From Octopus sinensis (taxonomy: Eukaryota): a stretch of 64,000 nt of DNA. Positions within the stretch are counted from its first letter, which is position 1. Each line of letters begins with the position of its first letter. The notes under the pieces were generated by a model. It was given only the letters and a program-made list of their open reading frames with translations, had not been told where the DNA came from and searched no databases. Both the position numbers and the translations under genes were made by a program. This document shows, piece after piece, positions 39,496-52,411 of the stretch. Location of the stretch: the NCBI RefSeq assembly GCF_006345805.1, contig NC_043012.1, positions 21,514,001 to 21,578,000 on the forward strand, read 5' to 3'.

Positions 39496-39921
39496 GGGCG
39501 ATCTTTCGTCTCTAGTAGACCTCTCCGTCGATTTCCGTAAAAATTTTTTTTTTTGTTTTTACATATGGGCTTGCGGGAACTTTTGAAGTAATATACATAC
39601 ATATACACATACACCGAGTAAAAAATTTCAGTTATCTCTTTCTTTCACACATTACTCTGTCTCTTCACACACACTAACAGAAGCACTTCACTTACACAAC
39701 ATACTGTCTGTCTCCCACACCCCATCAAACACACGCACACACATATACATCAATGCTTCACATGCACGGTAACTTAAAAAGAACTTCCCTCGTCATACAA
39801 TCGCTTTCTCTTAGTCTCTTTCGCTCTCATTACTTCAAAAGTTCCCGCAAGCCCATATGTAAAAAAAAAAATTTTTTTACGGAAATCGACGGAAAGGTCT
39901 ACTAGAGACGAAAGATTGCCC
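39496..39921. mobile_element. PIF/Harbinger-like MITE, ~95-bp TIRs, TAA TSD
   Basis: TAA|GGGCGATCTTTCGTCTCTAG...CTAGAGACGAAAGATTGCCC|TAA; arms at 39496-39592 and 39829-39921. Confidence 0.88.
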
Positions 39922-40614
39922 TAAGTTTAAATCGTATGCTTGGCCGAGTTATTAGGATTGTCGATCCGCTGGTTGAAAGCCTGCTGTGAACAGTTGAATT
40001 TTTACATTAGGCATTCGTCCTTATTTACATTTTCCGTTGTAGCAGAGTGTCGAGTTCAAAGCTTCGCAACAGACTGACATGTTCCCCAAGCGTTTAGGAA
40101 ACCTTGCAGAAAGTCCAGTCATACCTACAATGCTGAATGGTTTTCGGTAACATACACAGCTCAGACTTTTGTGGAAAAGGCAACTGGAATAAAGTTCATT
40201 CGACAGCTCTCTCTTTCTCTCTCTCTCCAAACACACACACTGTGATTAAAGTTTTGCTTCCCAACCACATGGTTTCGTGTTCAATTCCACTACGTGGTAC
40301 CTTGGTTTAGTACTTTATACTGTAGCCTCAAGCAGACCAAAGCCTTGTGAGTGAATTTGGTAGACGAAAATTGAAAAAAACCAAGGCCGGTTTATGGGAT
40401 TACATTTGGTTTCACGTCTATAAAGCGCTTTGCTTTACGGCGTATCATCAGATCCCAAAACCTGTTGGCTTAAGGCCTCTTTAGCGAGTTGCTTCTCTAG
40501 ACGTAAAACCAAAGATAATTCCATAAACCGGCCTACTCTAACTTCATATCATACACTGCTCTATAACTTAGATTGTGCTTCTTTTTCGGATTTATGTTCT
40601 GCCGACGATATATT

Positions 40615-40698
<84 letters not shown>

Positions 40699-41059
40699 TG
40701 TGTGTGTGTGTGCGCACGCGTGTTTAGCCTTGCGTTTCTGTTTCTCCCTGCAACCGCTAGGCAACTGCTGTTGGTTGCTTACGTTCCCGTAACGTAGCGG
40801 TTCGGCAAAAGTCACCGATAGGAAAAGTACGAGACCTAAACTCTTTAAGGCGTTGCCCCAGCATGATCTCAATCCAAGGCGTAGCTGTGTGGTAAGAAGC
40901 TTGCTTCCCAACCGCATGGGTTCCAGGTTCAGTTCCACTGCACGGCACCTTGGGCAAGTGTCTTTTACTATAGCCTCGCGCCGACCAAAGCCTTGTAAGT
41001 AGATTTGGTAGACAGGAACAGAAAGAAGCCCGTCGTATATATATATATATATATATATA

Positions 41060-41370
41060 CGAGGGTGAGTCAAAAAGTAATGCCATTTTGTTTAGGACAG
41101 GTATAATTAATTACCAACACAGAAACATACATACATCAAAATGAAGCTTGTCCTCTGTGGATCACATCCTACTTCTCAACATAGTCACCGTTTCTCTCAA
41201 TAGCAATGTTCCACCATCGAATGAGTCACGTATCCCTGCCCCGTAAAATCCTGTTGACTCTTCTTTGAACCACTTCTTCACTACAGTTTTCATTTCCTTG
41301 TCACTGGACTATCATATCTTCGGCCCCATGAAAGAGGATATGAGAGGCAAACATTATTCCAGTGACGAAT
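41060..41370 (-). mobile_element. Mariner 3' end with an internal micro-inversion
   Basis: TA|CGAGGGTGAGTCAAAAAGT TIR; minus strand SSDKEMKTVVKKWF...; plus strand DYHIFGPMKEDMRGKHYSSDE. Confidence 0.8.
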
Positions 41371-43200
41371 AATGTGTGTGTGTGTGTGTGTGTTCTTGGC
41401 ATCGTGTCATAGCTGTAAATGAGTGTCGCTGTCACACAAGCAGTGTCATTCATTTCCATATTCTACGATAAACATGTTTGGCCATGTCTTGCTTGGAAAC
41501 AGTTAAGGGTTGGTAACAGGAAGGGCAGGCGGCCGTTGAAAATCTGTCACAGTAACAAAATTCAGTCCGACCCATGCAAGCATGGAAAGATGATATTGAC
41601 GGCCCCAGGACCAACAAACGGTGAGAGTTTGGAATAACAGGTATTTCCGTTTTGTTGATGACGAGCACTCGTCGATTTTGAAAGCGTTCAGAGTATTTCA
41701 GAGAGAAGAGGCCACTGTGGGAGACTCATCATCCGAGATGCAATTAGTCATCCTCTACAGAAATGGAGAAAGATAATGTCTACAGACTTACACCAACATT
41801 TGATGAATGTTCTAATAAAGAATCGTAAGATCATCCAACAGGCGGCGGACATGCCATTCACCTTTGTCTTTTGTTTTGTTTGAATCCTAGGACTCATAAA
41901 GCTGGTTTCCTGGTTTCTAAGGCGTATAAGTGAAAGAAATCAAAACATTCCTTCTGAATGGAACGAGGGTCCGTTGCAGGGTTCAAGTCCATCAATTTTA
42001 AGGCGAGGAGACAAGGTTACACTGATTCCAGTACTTGACTGGTATTATATTTTATCGATCTGAAAGAATGAAAGGTAAAATTGACCACAACGGTATTTGA
42101 ACTTTGAACGTAAACCACTTGGTTCGACTTCCTAACGATTCCGCCCGCTCGCGCCTTTCACTTTTAATTATTATTTAATAATAGTTTATTTTTACTGTAG
42201 CTTGCATTAACGTTTTAATTACACATAAGAAACCTGATATTTAAAAAAAATTGTAAGATTAAGAATTATGGACCATGAGAACTCTTTTATTCAGCTGTGC
42301 CATTTTCTCTGCCAAATTTCTACCTGTAACATTTTCTAATTTCTATTTTAACCTATGCAATTTTTACACTGTCCCAGTCTTATATATGACAATTTTACCG
42401 TGCTCCGGTTGATCTGTTTAACTACGTTTAATTATAACTGTACAGCTGTCTAGGATCGTTTCTTTTCCTTCTTACTTTACTTCAATAAAGGGTTCACCCG
42501 AAACATCAGTCTACCTCTTTTTTTTTTCCTCTTTTCAACGTACTGTTAACCATACACAACTTTTATTTTTATCCGTGCGTTCGCTTGTGTTTACACTTTT
42601 TCTATCATTTTCTGAAATTTTTGTCTGTCTGTGGTAACCTCTCGCATTGTCCGTTTGTTCGCCTCTTATTCTCTTCGCCCCATTTTGTGTTCTTTCACCT
42701 TCCATGCAATTCCAACGCAATCTGTTCAGGATTTCAGTAACAATGAAAGAGTTTTTATGTGATCGCTCGACCAGCCAGAAACAAAAGCCAAATTTCACTC
42801 AGGTCACACTCTACTGTAACAAAAAAAGGCCAAGAAATAGTGAAGGTAAAAAGAAAAGAAGCGATGACAACGGCTCGAGCACCCTTGCTTGATACTAAAC
42901 GACAACAAAAATATTAAGGTTTTCGAGTGTATTTACACTCCGATCAAATATTTTCCCTGTCCTTTAATATCGGTAATAACATGAACAAAACCAGTCCCGT
43001 CTCGCCCTTTTTCTGTCCAAAATTAATCAAGGGTCTTTATCCCGAGGTCAAGATATTTTACGTTCTAACAGTGGTGTACCACCCAGGTCAACTCTTGAGT
43101 TTGTCCTCTTCTCCACCCCTCCATCCCTCCATCCCCACACACCTGAACTCCAAAACCAATACAGGTTTATTCAACAGACCCCAATGTATATTTATATTCT

Positions 43201-43715
43201 ACTAGCAGTATCGCCCGGCGTTGCTCGGGTTTGTAAGGGAAATAACTATATAAGCATTTTTAGAGAGTTACTTCCCTTATAGATGCCAATTCGGGCTTTC
43301 TTAACCATTTCTGTTTTGGTGTCTTCAAGCCATGAAGTCGTTGTTCTAAAAGAACGCTGGTCTCCTTGACAACGCTTTACGACGTTGATTTCCTTACACT
43401 CCCTTTCCCACAGCTTCACGAGGGAGGGAAGAAGGGGGAGAAGCAAACAGGTGCAGGTGTGACCATGGACGCCAACTCCGCCGCCATCGACACACGAAAA
43501 ATTATGCATTAAAATGGAATAAAAAATGATGTTAAATTATTTTTAAAATCGTAGACTCATCGTAGACGCGCGCTAATACTCAGACGGGCTCGATATGAAT
43601 CACGACTATAAGATACCCGAATTTGGTTAAACTGCACCGCAAAATGTGGGAGTAGTTAGGAATCTAAATCGAAGGGGACAGACACTCACACAACTACAGT
43701 TTTATATAAATAGAT
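43201..43715 (+). mobile_element. Helitron-like element, copy 2, with an extra internal module
   Basis: Ends nearly identical to 8318-8721; unique segment at about 43280-43500. Confidence 0.6.
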
Positions 43716-46700
43716 TTCTGCTGAAGGCGACGAGCTGGAAGGATCAATGCTGAGCTGGGCAAAATGTTTAACGGCATTTCTTCGTGCTTTACATTAGTAC
43801 CGTCCAGGTTAACTTTACCGTTCATCTAATCGGGTTGATAAAATAAGTACTACTTGAGCTGTGGAGCAGTTGTAATTGATGTCCCCCTCCCCTCCAATTT
43901 TTCCAATTTTTTAATTTTATTTCAGCGCATTATTTAAACCATTGCAGAAAAAATTGAATGATGTAATTCTTCTTTAATTCATTAGTATCATTGGATTTTT
44001 GTTTGTTTTTAATGACTGGTATAAATTGATGAAAGAACTATCTTCCTTGTGACACGTAGCAAAACAGTTAGGCAGACGTGGCATTTTAGAATAAAAATCT
44101 CTGGTCACAACTTCGTTGATAGACGAATAGATCTAAGGGACGTTACTCCTCCAAAGCGAAAACAAAATTGTTTGTTTTAAAGGAATTCAATATTGTGACA
44201 TAGTCCTTTTTTTTTTCTGGTTCATTTTTCAGATGTTGAATATGTATATTGTAATGTCGATTTGATAAAATAAAAGTGTATGGTCCGAGTAAATTACCGA
44301 TGGTCAACGTTATTCGTTAGTGAATACATATGTCTTTTACATGTCATATGAGGTGAACAGCTTCGAGCAACTAATATTATCCCAACAACTAGTTGACAAA
44401 AACTCCCTCTGTGCATAGAGTTCTATGAATTAAAAACGAAAACAGAAACTTCCCAAATGTTCCCTTTTTATCCCAAAAGGTCAATATTACAGATAAGACA
44501 GTAATTTTTTTTGTTTTTTTGTCTCTTTCCCTGTTCATCCTTTTCCATTTTTTGCTTCTAGTTTTGGATTTTAATTATAACTGACTTTATTATAACTGAT
44601 TTTAATTATAACTAGAAATTCGTGAAAACTGACTTTTTCTCAAATATTAAATCCATACAGAAACAATAAGTATACATCACATTATATAGTATTTATATTA
44701 TCATATTACGTAGTATATATTATATAGTATTTAATTAAATCTATATATTATATTACATCTATATCTGTATATCATATTATATTATATTAATTTTTTTCTT
44801 TTTTCTTTTTAATTTTTTCAGTTGTGTTCTCTGTGTTGTCCAGTTTTCTAATTTAAAATAAAATTGTATTTCTGAAATGCAATGAATAATTATATTATTA
44901 AAAATAAATTAATATAATATAATATAATATAGATGTAGATATAATATAATATCTAGATTTAATTAAACACTATATAATATATACCACATAATATGATAAT
45001 CATCATCATTTAACGTCTGCTTTCCATGCTAGCATGGGTTGGACGATTTGACTGAGGACTGGTGAACCAGATGGCTGCACCAGGCTCCAATCTTGATCTG
45101 GCAGAGTTTCTACAGCTGGATATAAATATTATGTAATATGATGTTTCTGTATAGATTTAATATTTGAGAAAAAGTCACTGTTTTCACCAATTCCTAGATA
45201 GCTCTACAGTGATCATTAAAATTAACTTTGTATAGAAACCTTTTCAGACTTCTGGTCTCTTTGAACCATTTTAGATTTAAAGCAAAATCAAAAACAAATT
45301 CGATGACTGGCATCCATGCTGGCAGGATGCAAAGAGCACCATACAAGCATGATCATTGACAGAACGGCTAACCAGCTTCCGTGCCAGTGGCATTTAAATG
45401 GCACCATTCGAGCGTGATCGTTACCAGCGTCGCCTTACTAGCACTTGTGCCCGTGCTAGTAGGGTGCCAAGGCACCATCCGAGTGTGATCGTTGCCAGAG
45501 CAGCCAACTGGCTTCCATGCCAGTGGCACGTAAAAGGGCACCATTCAAGCATGATCGTTACCAACGTTACCTTACTGGTGGCATGTGTAAAAGGATTCGA
45601 GCGAGGTTGTTGCCAGTACCGCCTGACTGACCCCCATGCCGGTGGCATGTAAAAAGCACCCACTACACTCTCGGAGTGATTGGCGTTATGAAGGGCATCC
45701 AGCTGTAGAAAATCTGCCAGATCAAGATTGGAGACTGGTGCAACCATCTGGTTCACCAGTCCTCAGTCAAAATCGTCCAACCCATGCTAGCATGGAAAGT
45801 GGACGTTAAACGATGATGATGATGATGATTTTTAATGTGGTTTTGTAAGATATATGTATTATATACATATGTGTTATATTCCAATAAAATGTAAAGAAAA
45901 TAATGGTGAAAAATGTATGCGTAGGAAATAGATAATATGGTTGTTTGGAATAATTCTTTTAAAATAAAATATTAAAAGGAAATTATATTTAAAATGTAAA
46001 GAGGTGTCCTTTTAGATTTCTTTCAAATGGAGGTGTACAAAATGTTTCTTTTTCAGATTTATATCAAAAGCTGTACCATGGTTACATGAACCACTCAGCA
46101 TATACACAATGGAAGGAAGGCAAGAACTGGACAAAATTATGAATGATTTTGGTCAGCATTAATACAGACAGGGACGCATCCTTTCTTACTCACGTGAAGA
46201 AAGTTGTGAAATGACTGAAATCCTACGGAAGTTACCTGGTTAAATAAATATATATTCCCCTCTCGTTACTCTTGACATTATGTTTATATAATCGTGTGTA
46301 TATATACATATAAAGTGAATTCACAGCTGTAACCTACACCAGAGTCGCATAACCAACCCACTCAAAAGTACCTTGGATCGTAGGGTGACATGCCATGCTT
46401 GAAGAGACCTATTGAGTCAAGTACATCAAAATCAAAATCAAGTGGAAATTGTAGTTGTGATCCCTGTGCCGGTGGCACATAAAAAGCACCAACCGATCGT
46501 GACCGATGCCAGCCCTCTCTGGCCCCTGTACCAGTGGCACATAAAAAGCATCCACTACACTCTCGATGTGGTTGAAGTTTAGAAGATCATCCAGCTGTAG
46601 AACACTGCCAGATCAGACTGGAGCCTTGTGCAGCCTCCTGGCTTCCAAGACCCAGTCAAACCATCCAACCCATGTCAGAATGGAAGATGGACATTAAATG

Positions 46701-49700
46701 ATGATGATGATGATATATATATATATATGCCGGTGGCACGTAAAAAAGCACCATCCGTTCGTGGCCGTTGCCAGCCCCGCCTGGACCCCGTTCTGGTGGC
46801 ACATAAAAAAGCACCATCTGATCGTGGCCGTTTGCCAGACTCGTCTGGCACCTGTGCCGGTGGCACGTAAAAAGCACCCACTACACTCATGGAGTGGTTG
46901 GCGTTAGGAAGGGCATCCAGCTGTAGAAACATTGCCAGATCAAACTGGGCCTGGTGCAGCCTCCTGGCTTCCCAGACCCCAGTTGAACCGTCCAACCCAT
47001 GCTAGCATGGAAAGTGGACGCTAAACGATGATGATGATGATATGTATATGTGTGTGTGTACTCAATTTGAGGATGTAATGTTCTTAAGGATTATAAAATC
47101 ATAATAAAATCACAATAAAAACATATCAAATAATTTAATACAAATAAAATTTAAAGGAACATAAAATAACCTAAAATAAGCATAAAAAGGGCCCACACGG
47201 GTTTCCAATCTGGTCACTAAGAAAACAGTGCTTCGGATCCGAAGGATTCAGACCATGTTAAGAGTTGTAAATGTGAAAACAACCTAATTTGACCAGATAT
47301 CTTCAGGGCTGCCCATTGGAAAAGGCAAATGTTTACATATTTTTCAGAAAACCTCTGAAAACTAAACCAGTGATGGCTTAACTGGCCAAATCTATGAAGT
47401 TATTGTCAATACTATTCTAATTAGAGATTAATAAATTTGTTCTCTACAAAAGTATGGAGTAACCCTTATGATTAATGTAAAATTGTTTGTTTTTATAACT
47501 AAACATAAAAACAACCATTAATACATACATGTGTGTGTGTGTATAAACTGTGTGAAAGCCTGTAAAATATATGTAAGTGTGCCTACATATTTGTGTGTGA
47601 GTGTATGTGTGTGTGTCTGCATCTGTGTGTCTTTGTGTTAACATTTGTCTCCCACTACTACCTGACAACTGGTCTTGGTTTGTTTACATCCCATAACTTA
47701 GCCATTTGGCAAAAGGGAAACAGAGATGAGGTACTTGACCAAACTATAAATCCTGGTATCAATTTATTTGACTGAACCATTCAAAGCAGTGCTCCAGCAT
47801 GACCACAGTTCAATGACTGAAATCAGTAAAAAAATAGCCTCTAAAAATTCAGAAAAATCACACAGTTCAATATTTAATATCAATCTCTAAGTTGAAGATG
47901 TAGCTTAGCTGTAAGTAACAACATGGCTTATTCTTTTCTATTCTAGGTACAAGGCCCGAAATTTTGGGGGAGGGGGGCAGTCAGTTAGATCGTCCCCCAC
48001 CCCCACCCCACCCAGTACGCAACTGGTACTTAATTTATCAACTCTGAAAGGATGAAAGGCAAAGTCAACTTCAGTGGAATTTGAACTCAGAACGTAAAGA
48101 CAGACGAAATACCTATTTCTTTACTCCCCACAAAGGTCTAAACACAGAAGGGACAAACAAGGACAGACAAACAGATCAAGTTGTACGTTCTGAGTTCAAA
48201 TTCCACCGAGGTCAACTTTGCCTTTCATCCTTTCGGGGTCGATAAATAAAGTACCAGTTTTGCACTGGGGGGGGGGGATATAATCGACTCAATCCCTTTG
48301 TCTGTCCTTGTTTGTCCCCTCTATGTTTAGACCCTTGTGGGCAGTAAAGAAATATATATCGACCCTAGTGTGTAACTGGTACTTTTTTAATCAACCCCCG
48401 AAAGGATGAAAGGCAAAGTCGACCTCGGCGGAATTTGAACTCAGAACGCAGCGGCGGACGAAATACCGCTAAGCATTTCGCCCAACGTGCTAACGTTTCT
48501 GCCAGCCTGCCATCTTAACAACATGGCTTATTGAATGAAGATAATCATTTTGAACTTTTTATGATCAGCAAAATAAATATGTACTAATATCTAGATGAAA
48601 TGCAAACAGATGGTGCCTAGAAGATAACAAACGGGGGTTGTGGGGGTCAATCTTGATCTTTTTGTTTTTTATTCATTTCCATTTGAATTTGACATACTTT
48701 AATGTCGACGTGTGTACATGTAAAACATGGATATGTGTGTTTGTGACTATTTTTTTGCATGTGCTCTTAATGTTCCAATCTGTATTCACTGTACATATGT
48801 TACAGGAAAGTGTCTGTTTTAAAACACATGTACAATACCTATGAAACACACACACACATGTGCATACATACACACATACAAACATGCATACGCATTCTCA
48901 CACAAGCACACATCAATAGAATGAAAGAGAGGGAGAAGGAAAGAGAAAGAGATATTACAATTTACTAATTGAACATGAGTGACATAAGCACCTCCCCTCA
49001 TAGGCAATAAGAAAAATATGCTCACAGATGTAAACAGAGAGAAGGAGAGAGAGGGGAAGACAGGCAGACAGACAGAGACAGTGAGGGAGAGAACATGTGA
49101 ACCACTAATGTGTCTGGTGTCAAATAAATCAGTGTTGAATGAGTGACATCAAATAGGTAGCACAAAAATGGTTGTGATGAAATGCCTCATACCCCTTTTG
49201 GGTAGACAAGATAGATAGTGCCTATTCAGACAAAAACTATAAATATGAATCATCATCATCGTTTAACGTCCGTTCTCCATGCTAGCATGGGTCGGATGGT
49301 TCGACCAGGGATCTGGGAAGCCAGAAGGCTGCACCAGGCTCCAGTCTGATCTGGCAGTGTTTCTACAGCTGGATGCCCTTCCTAAAGCCAACAACTCCGT
49401 GAGTGTAGTGGGTGCTTTTTACATGCCACCGGCACAGGTGCCAGGCGAGGCTGGCAAACAGCCACGATCGGATTGGTGCTCTTTACGTGCCACCGGCACG
49501 GAAGCCAGTCAAGGCGGTGCTGGCATCGGCCACATTCGGATGGTGCTTTTTACATGCCACCGGCACAGGGATCACAACTGCAGTTTCCATTGATTTTTGA
49601 TGTTGGTGTACTTGACTCAATGGATCACCTCAAGCACAGGGTCGAAACGGTGTTTCTTTACTTGCCACCTGCCAGGTGCCAGTCATAGGATTGGTTCGAT

Positions 49701-50597
49701 TTCGATTCCGATTTCACTTGCCCCAACATCAATTATAAAAAATACAGGCTTTCCACTTTGTTACTAAAACAATAATTCAATGTACCAAATGAATTTGATA
49801 TATTTCAGTAGAGATGGCTGCGATATTGATGCTTAGAAGTGCAAGTTGCCATGCTTTTCAATGCTTGATGTTTGTGCTACTACTTACAACTTAAGTCCTT
49901 TGCTCATGTGGAGCATAGGGCATTGGTGACCTCTCCCCACTGTTCTCAACTCTGGCCTGTTCTCTCTCAGGTCTGGCAGGTTTTGGATTGTTATTCATGC
50001 TTCTGTAACTTTACTTTTTCTACATGGGGTTGTTCACCTTATGTAAACTCATTTTATCTCTGAGAAGAGATGGACCATAATAGTCTGACCCCTATCCTAC
50101 GACCTACCCAACATGAAAGGCCCTACCAGGTGCTTACATTCTGCTGACTGGACTTAGTAGTGGAATGTCTATACTAATCCTGATTATATTAAACACATGT
50201 GCCAATAGCTCAGTTCATAAATACAGTGAAAATAAAGATGTGATTAGTTTTTGGTTTTGTCCAGTATCATAACGGAATGATAAGTACTTTCTGCTAAGAG
50301 ATCATTGCCAGCGTTCTTTGTCAACCCTTCAATAATTGTGTTCCTTCACTGAATGACGATTCTTCTCTCCCCTTAATGTCTTTGTGGAACTTTTAATGCA
50401 GTTTTAAACCAGTTGTATAAGCCTTGATGTTTGGTTTGGTTTTGGTTTTGTTCACTTCCAACTCAGTTGAAAGGCAAGTTTGTTGCAAATGTTCAAAGTT
50501 TTCCAATATAACTTCCCTTTCCTATTGGCATCAACTGCAAGATGGTTTATCTATACTTGAGAGAGTTGTCTGTTTTTCCTATCTTTTTGTTCCTGAC

Positions 50598-50914
50598 CAA
50601 TGGTTCTCAACTGGAGTCCATATAAGATTTTTGTTAGGTCCACACAATATAGTAAATAGGGGATTCACAGTACTATTTTAAAGGCACTGAAAAAAATTTG
50701 CTTTAGATGTATGTATTGCAAGAAATAATAGGCTTTCTTTCTCTAACATTTTACATAGTTCAATCCATAGAAGTTAATGTGTGAAAAACAAATTAAGAAT
50801 TTTGAAAGAATTATCTATAAAACTAGTTTTTGAACATTGAATGGCTATGGGTGTCCACCAGGATAAAATAGTAATCAAAGGGGTCCATAAATAAAAAATG
50901 GTTGAGAACCCCTG
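50598..50914. mobile_element. hAT (Charlie-like) MITE, older
   Basis: caatggttctcaac / gttgagaacccctg; degenerate 8-bp TSD ttcctgac / ctccagag. Confidence 0.7.
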
Positions 50915-51443
50915 CTCCAGAGTCCCAGCTTAAAGAGGAATTTTGTGTGCTTGGGAGACTTTGGTCAGCCTAAAAGAATCAGATTTACTTTAAGTTAATG
51001 TACAGACAACTTGGTTCAAATTTTGGACTAAATTACTCTAACCCTGCTTCATTCTTATGCTTTTAAGGATAAGGGAATTGGAAGGGGGCTGCCAACCACT
51101 CAGATTTTACCTTTTACTTGTTTCAGTCATTACACTGTGACCATGCTGGAGCACTATCTTGGAAAGTTTAATGGAAAAAATTAAAGCTAGTACATATTTT
51201 TAAAGTCTGGTACTTATTTCTATTCTATCATACTTTGTTGCCAAATAGCGGAGCTATGAGAACGTAAACAAACCAATACCTATTGGCAAGTGATGGTGGG
51301 ACAAACAAAAAGACACACGCATGTAACAGGCTTCCATACTGACAGCCAACTAACCAGAAAGGAAATATATATTAATTTTTTCTTTTATTTTCTATAAACA
51401 TAACTTAAATAAAAACAACTTGAAGTTCATTGTAACCAGAAGT

Positions 51444-51852
51444 GGATCTTTTCGGTTTGAACGGCAGTTTTTAACATAATTTCTAGGTAACTAAAAAAAT
51501 TTAAACTTCGTATACTGGTAGAATGTGTTTATAAAACATCTTTTTCTCTTGGCTTTATTGAGAAAATTTTATAGTTTGTGAGATATTTGTTGTTTTTTCT
51601 TCAATTTCTGCAATTCCAACCAATCACTGACGTCCATTGAGGTAAACAACATTCTGTATCGTATGAATCGTTTAAAAAACAGATTGGGTTTATTTACATT
51701 TGTGAAGAAAAAAGATACCCTTCCCCCACCCCTAACTAACCCTAACCCTAAAATAGATTGAAATGCAATAGATCGATACTAGGGTCATAATTATGGGTGA
51801 CAATTTCATATGACACCGCTAGAAAAAATTGCCGTTCAAACCGAAAAGATCC
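51444..51852. mobile_element. MITE with GG-starting TIRs and a perfect 8-bp TSD (Merlin-like, tentative)
   Basis: CCAGAAGT|GGATCTTTTCGGTTTGAACGGCAGTTTTT...AAAAATTGCCGTTCAAACCGAAAAGATCC|CCAGAAGT. Confidence 0.85.
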
Positions 51853-52184
51853 CCAGAAGTTTTTAATTTTTGCAAGACGTTGAGTAAAGTTGAATTGCCG
51901 ATAACTATAAGAAAAAGAAAAAAAAAAGGTGAAGCCAGAGATCTTGTAAAATTTTTTTCTTCCAATGTTTTTCAAAAACTGTAATTTAGCATGCTGGTGA
52001 TGAAAATCGCATTCTTAGAAAATAATCTGGAGACAATTTGAAGTGGTTGGGGGGGGGGGGGAAATTTAACAAGATCTGTAAACTGTTTGGGTGTCAGTTT
52101 TGTTTCCACTTGCCAAATTGCTTGTCGCCCGTCTGTTGTTGTATATTTCAAGAAAGAGACATGTACTTTTAGTGGCAATTAATT

Positions 52185-52303
52185 ATTAACCAATCACAGA
52201 GTTCGGCTGAACAGTTACTGCGGTATTTTAATTATAAACTAAACTTCCGCTCTTCCGACCGCATGTCCTTGACGGCATGCGAAGAAGAAGAAATTAAAGG
52301 AAT
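52185..52303 (+). promoter_or_regulatory. Putative NSUN4 proximal promoter and 5'UTR
   Basis: CCAAT at 52190-52194 and tandem ETS-like CTTCCG at 52244-52249 and 52252-52257, directly upstream of the ATG. Confidence 0.5.
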
Positions 52304-52411
52304 ATGTTCACCAATTCGTTGTCGACGATGCTTCGTTGTCATCAAACAACGCTGACTCGATATACAGACTTATTGATTCAACCGAGACGGTTTAGATATA
52401 AAAAGAAATGG
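52304..52411 (+). CDS. NSUN4: NSUN4 coding exon 1 (putative mitochondrial presequence)
   Basis: MFTNSLSTMLRCHQTTLTRYTDLLIQPRRFRYKKKW|gtattt; Arg/Ser/Thr-rich and ends at the conserved RYKKKW. ATG 52304 is assumed; the in-frame ATG at 52328 is an alternative. Confidence 0.88.

Noticed and set aside
41660-41850. Candidate exon cag|AAATGGAG...AATC|gtaaga
   Set aside because: No partner exons found; another frame weakly resembles a decayed Tc1 transposase C-terminus, but too weakly to call.
42535-42892. ORFs on both strands in CpG-containing unique DNA as a third gene
   Set aside because: No recognisable domain or consistent splice signals.
51972-52178. Minus-strand ORF as the first exon of a bidirectional partner of NSUN4
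   Set aside because: Non-ATG start, poly-C run, and no donor or downstream exons.
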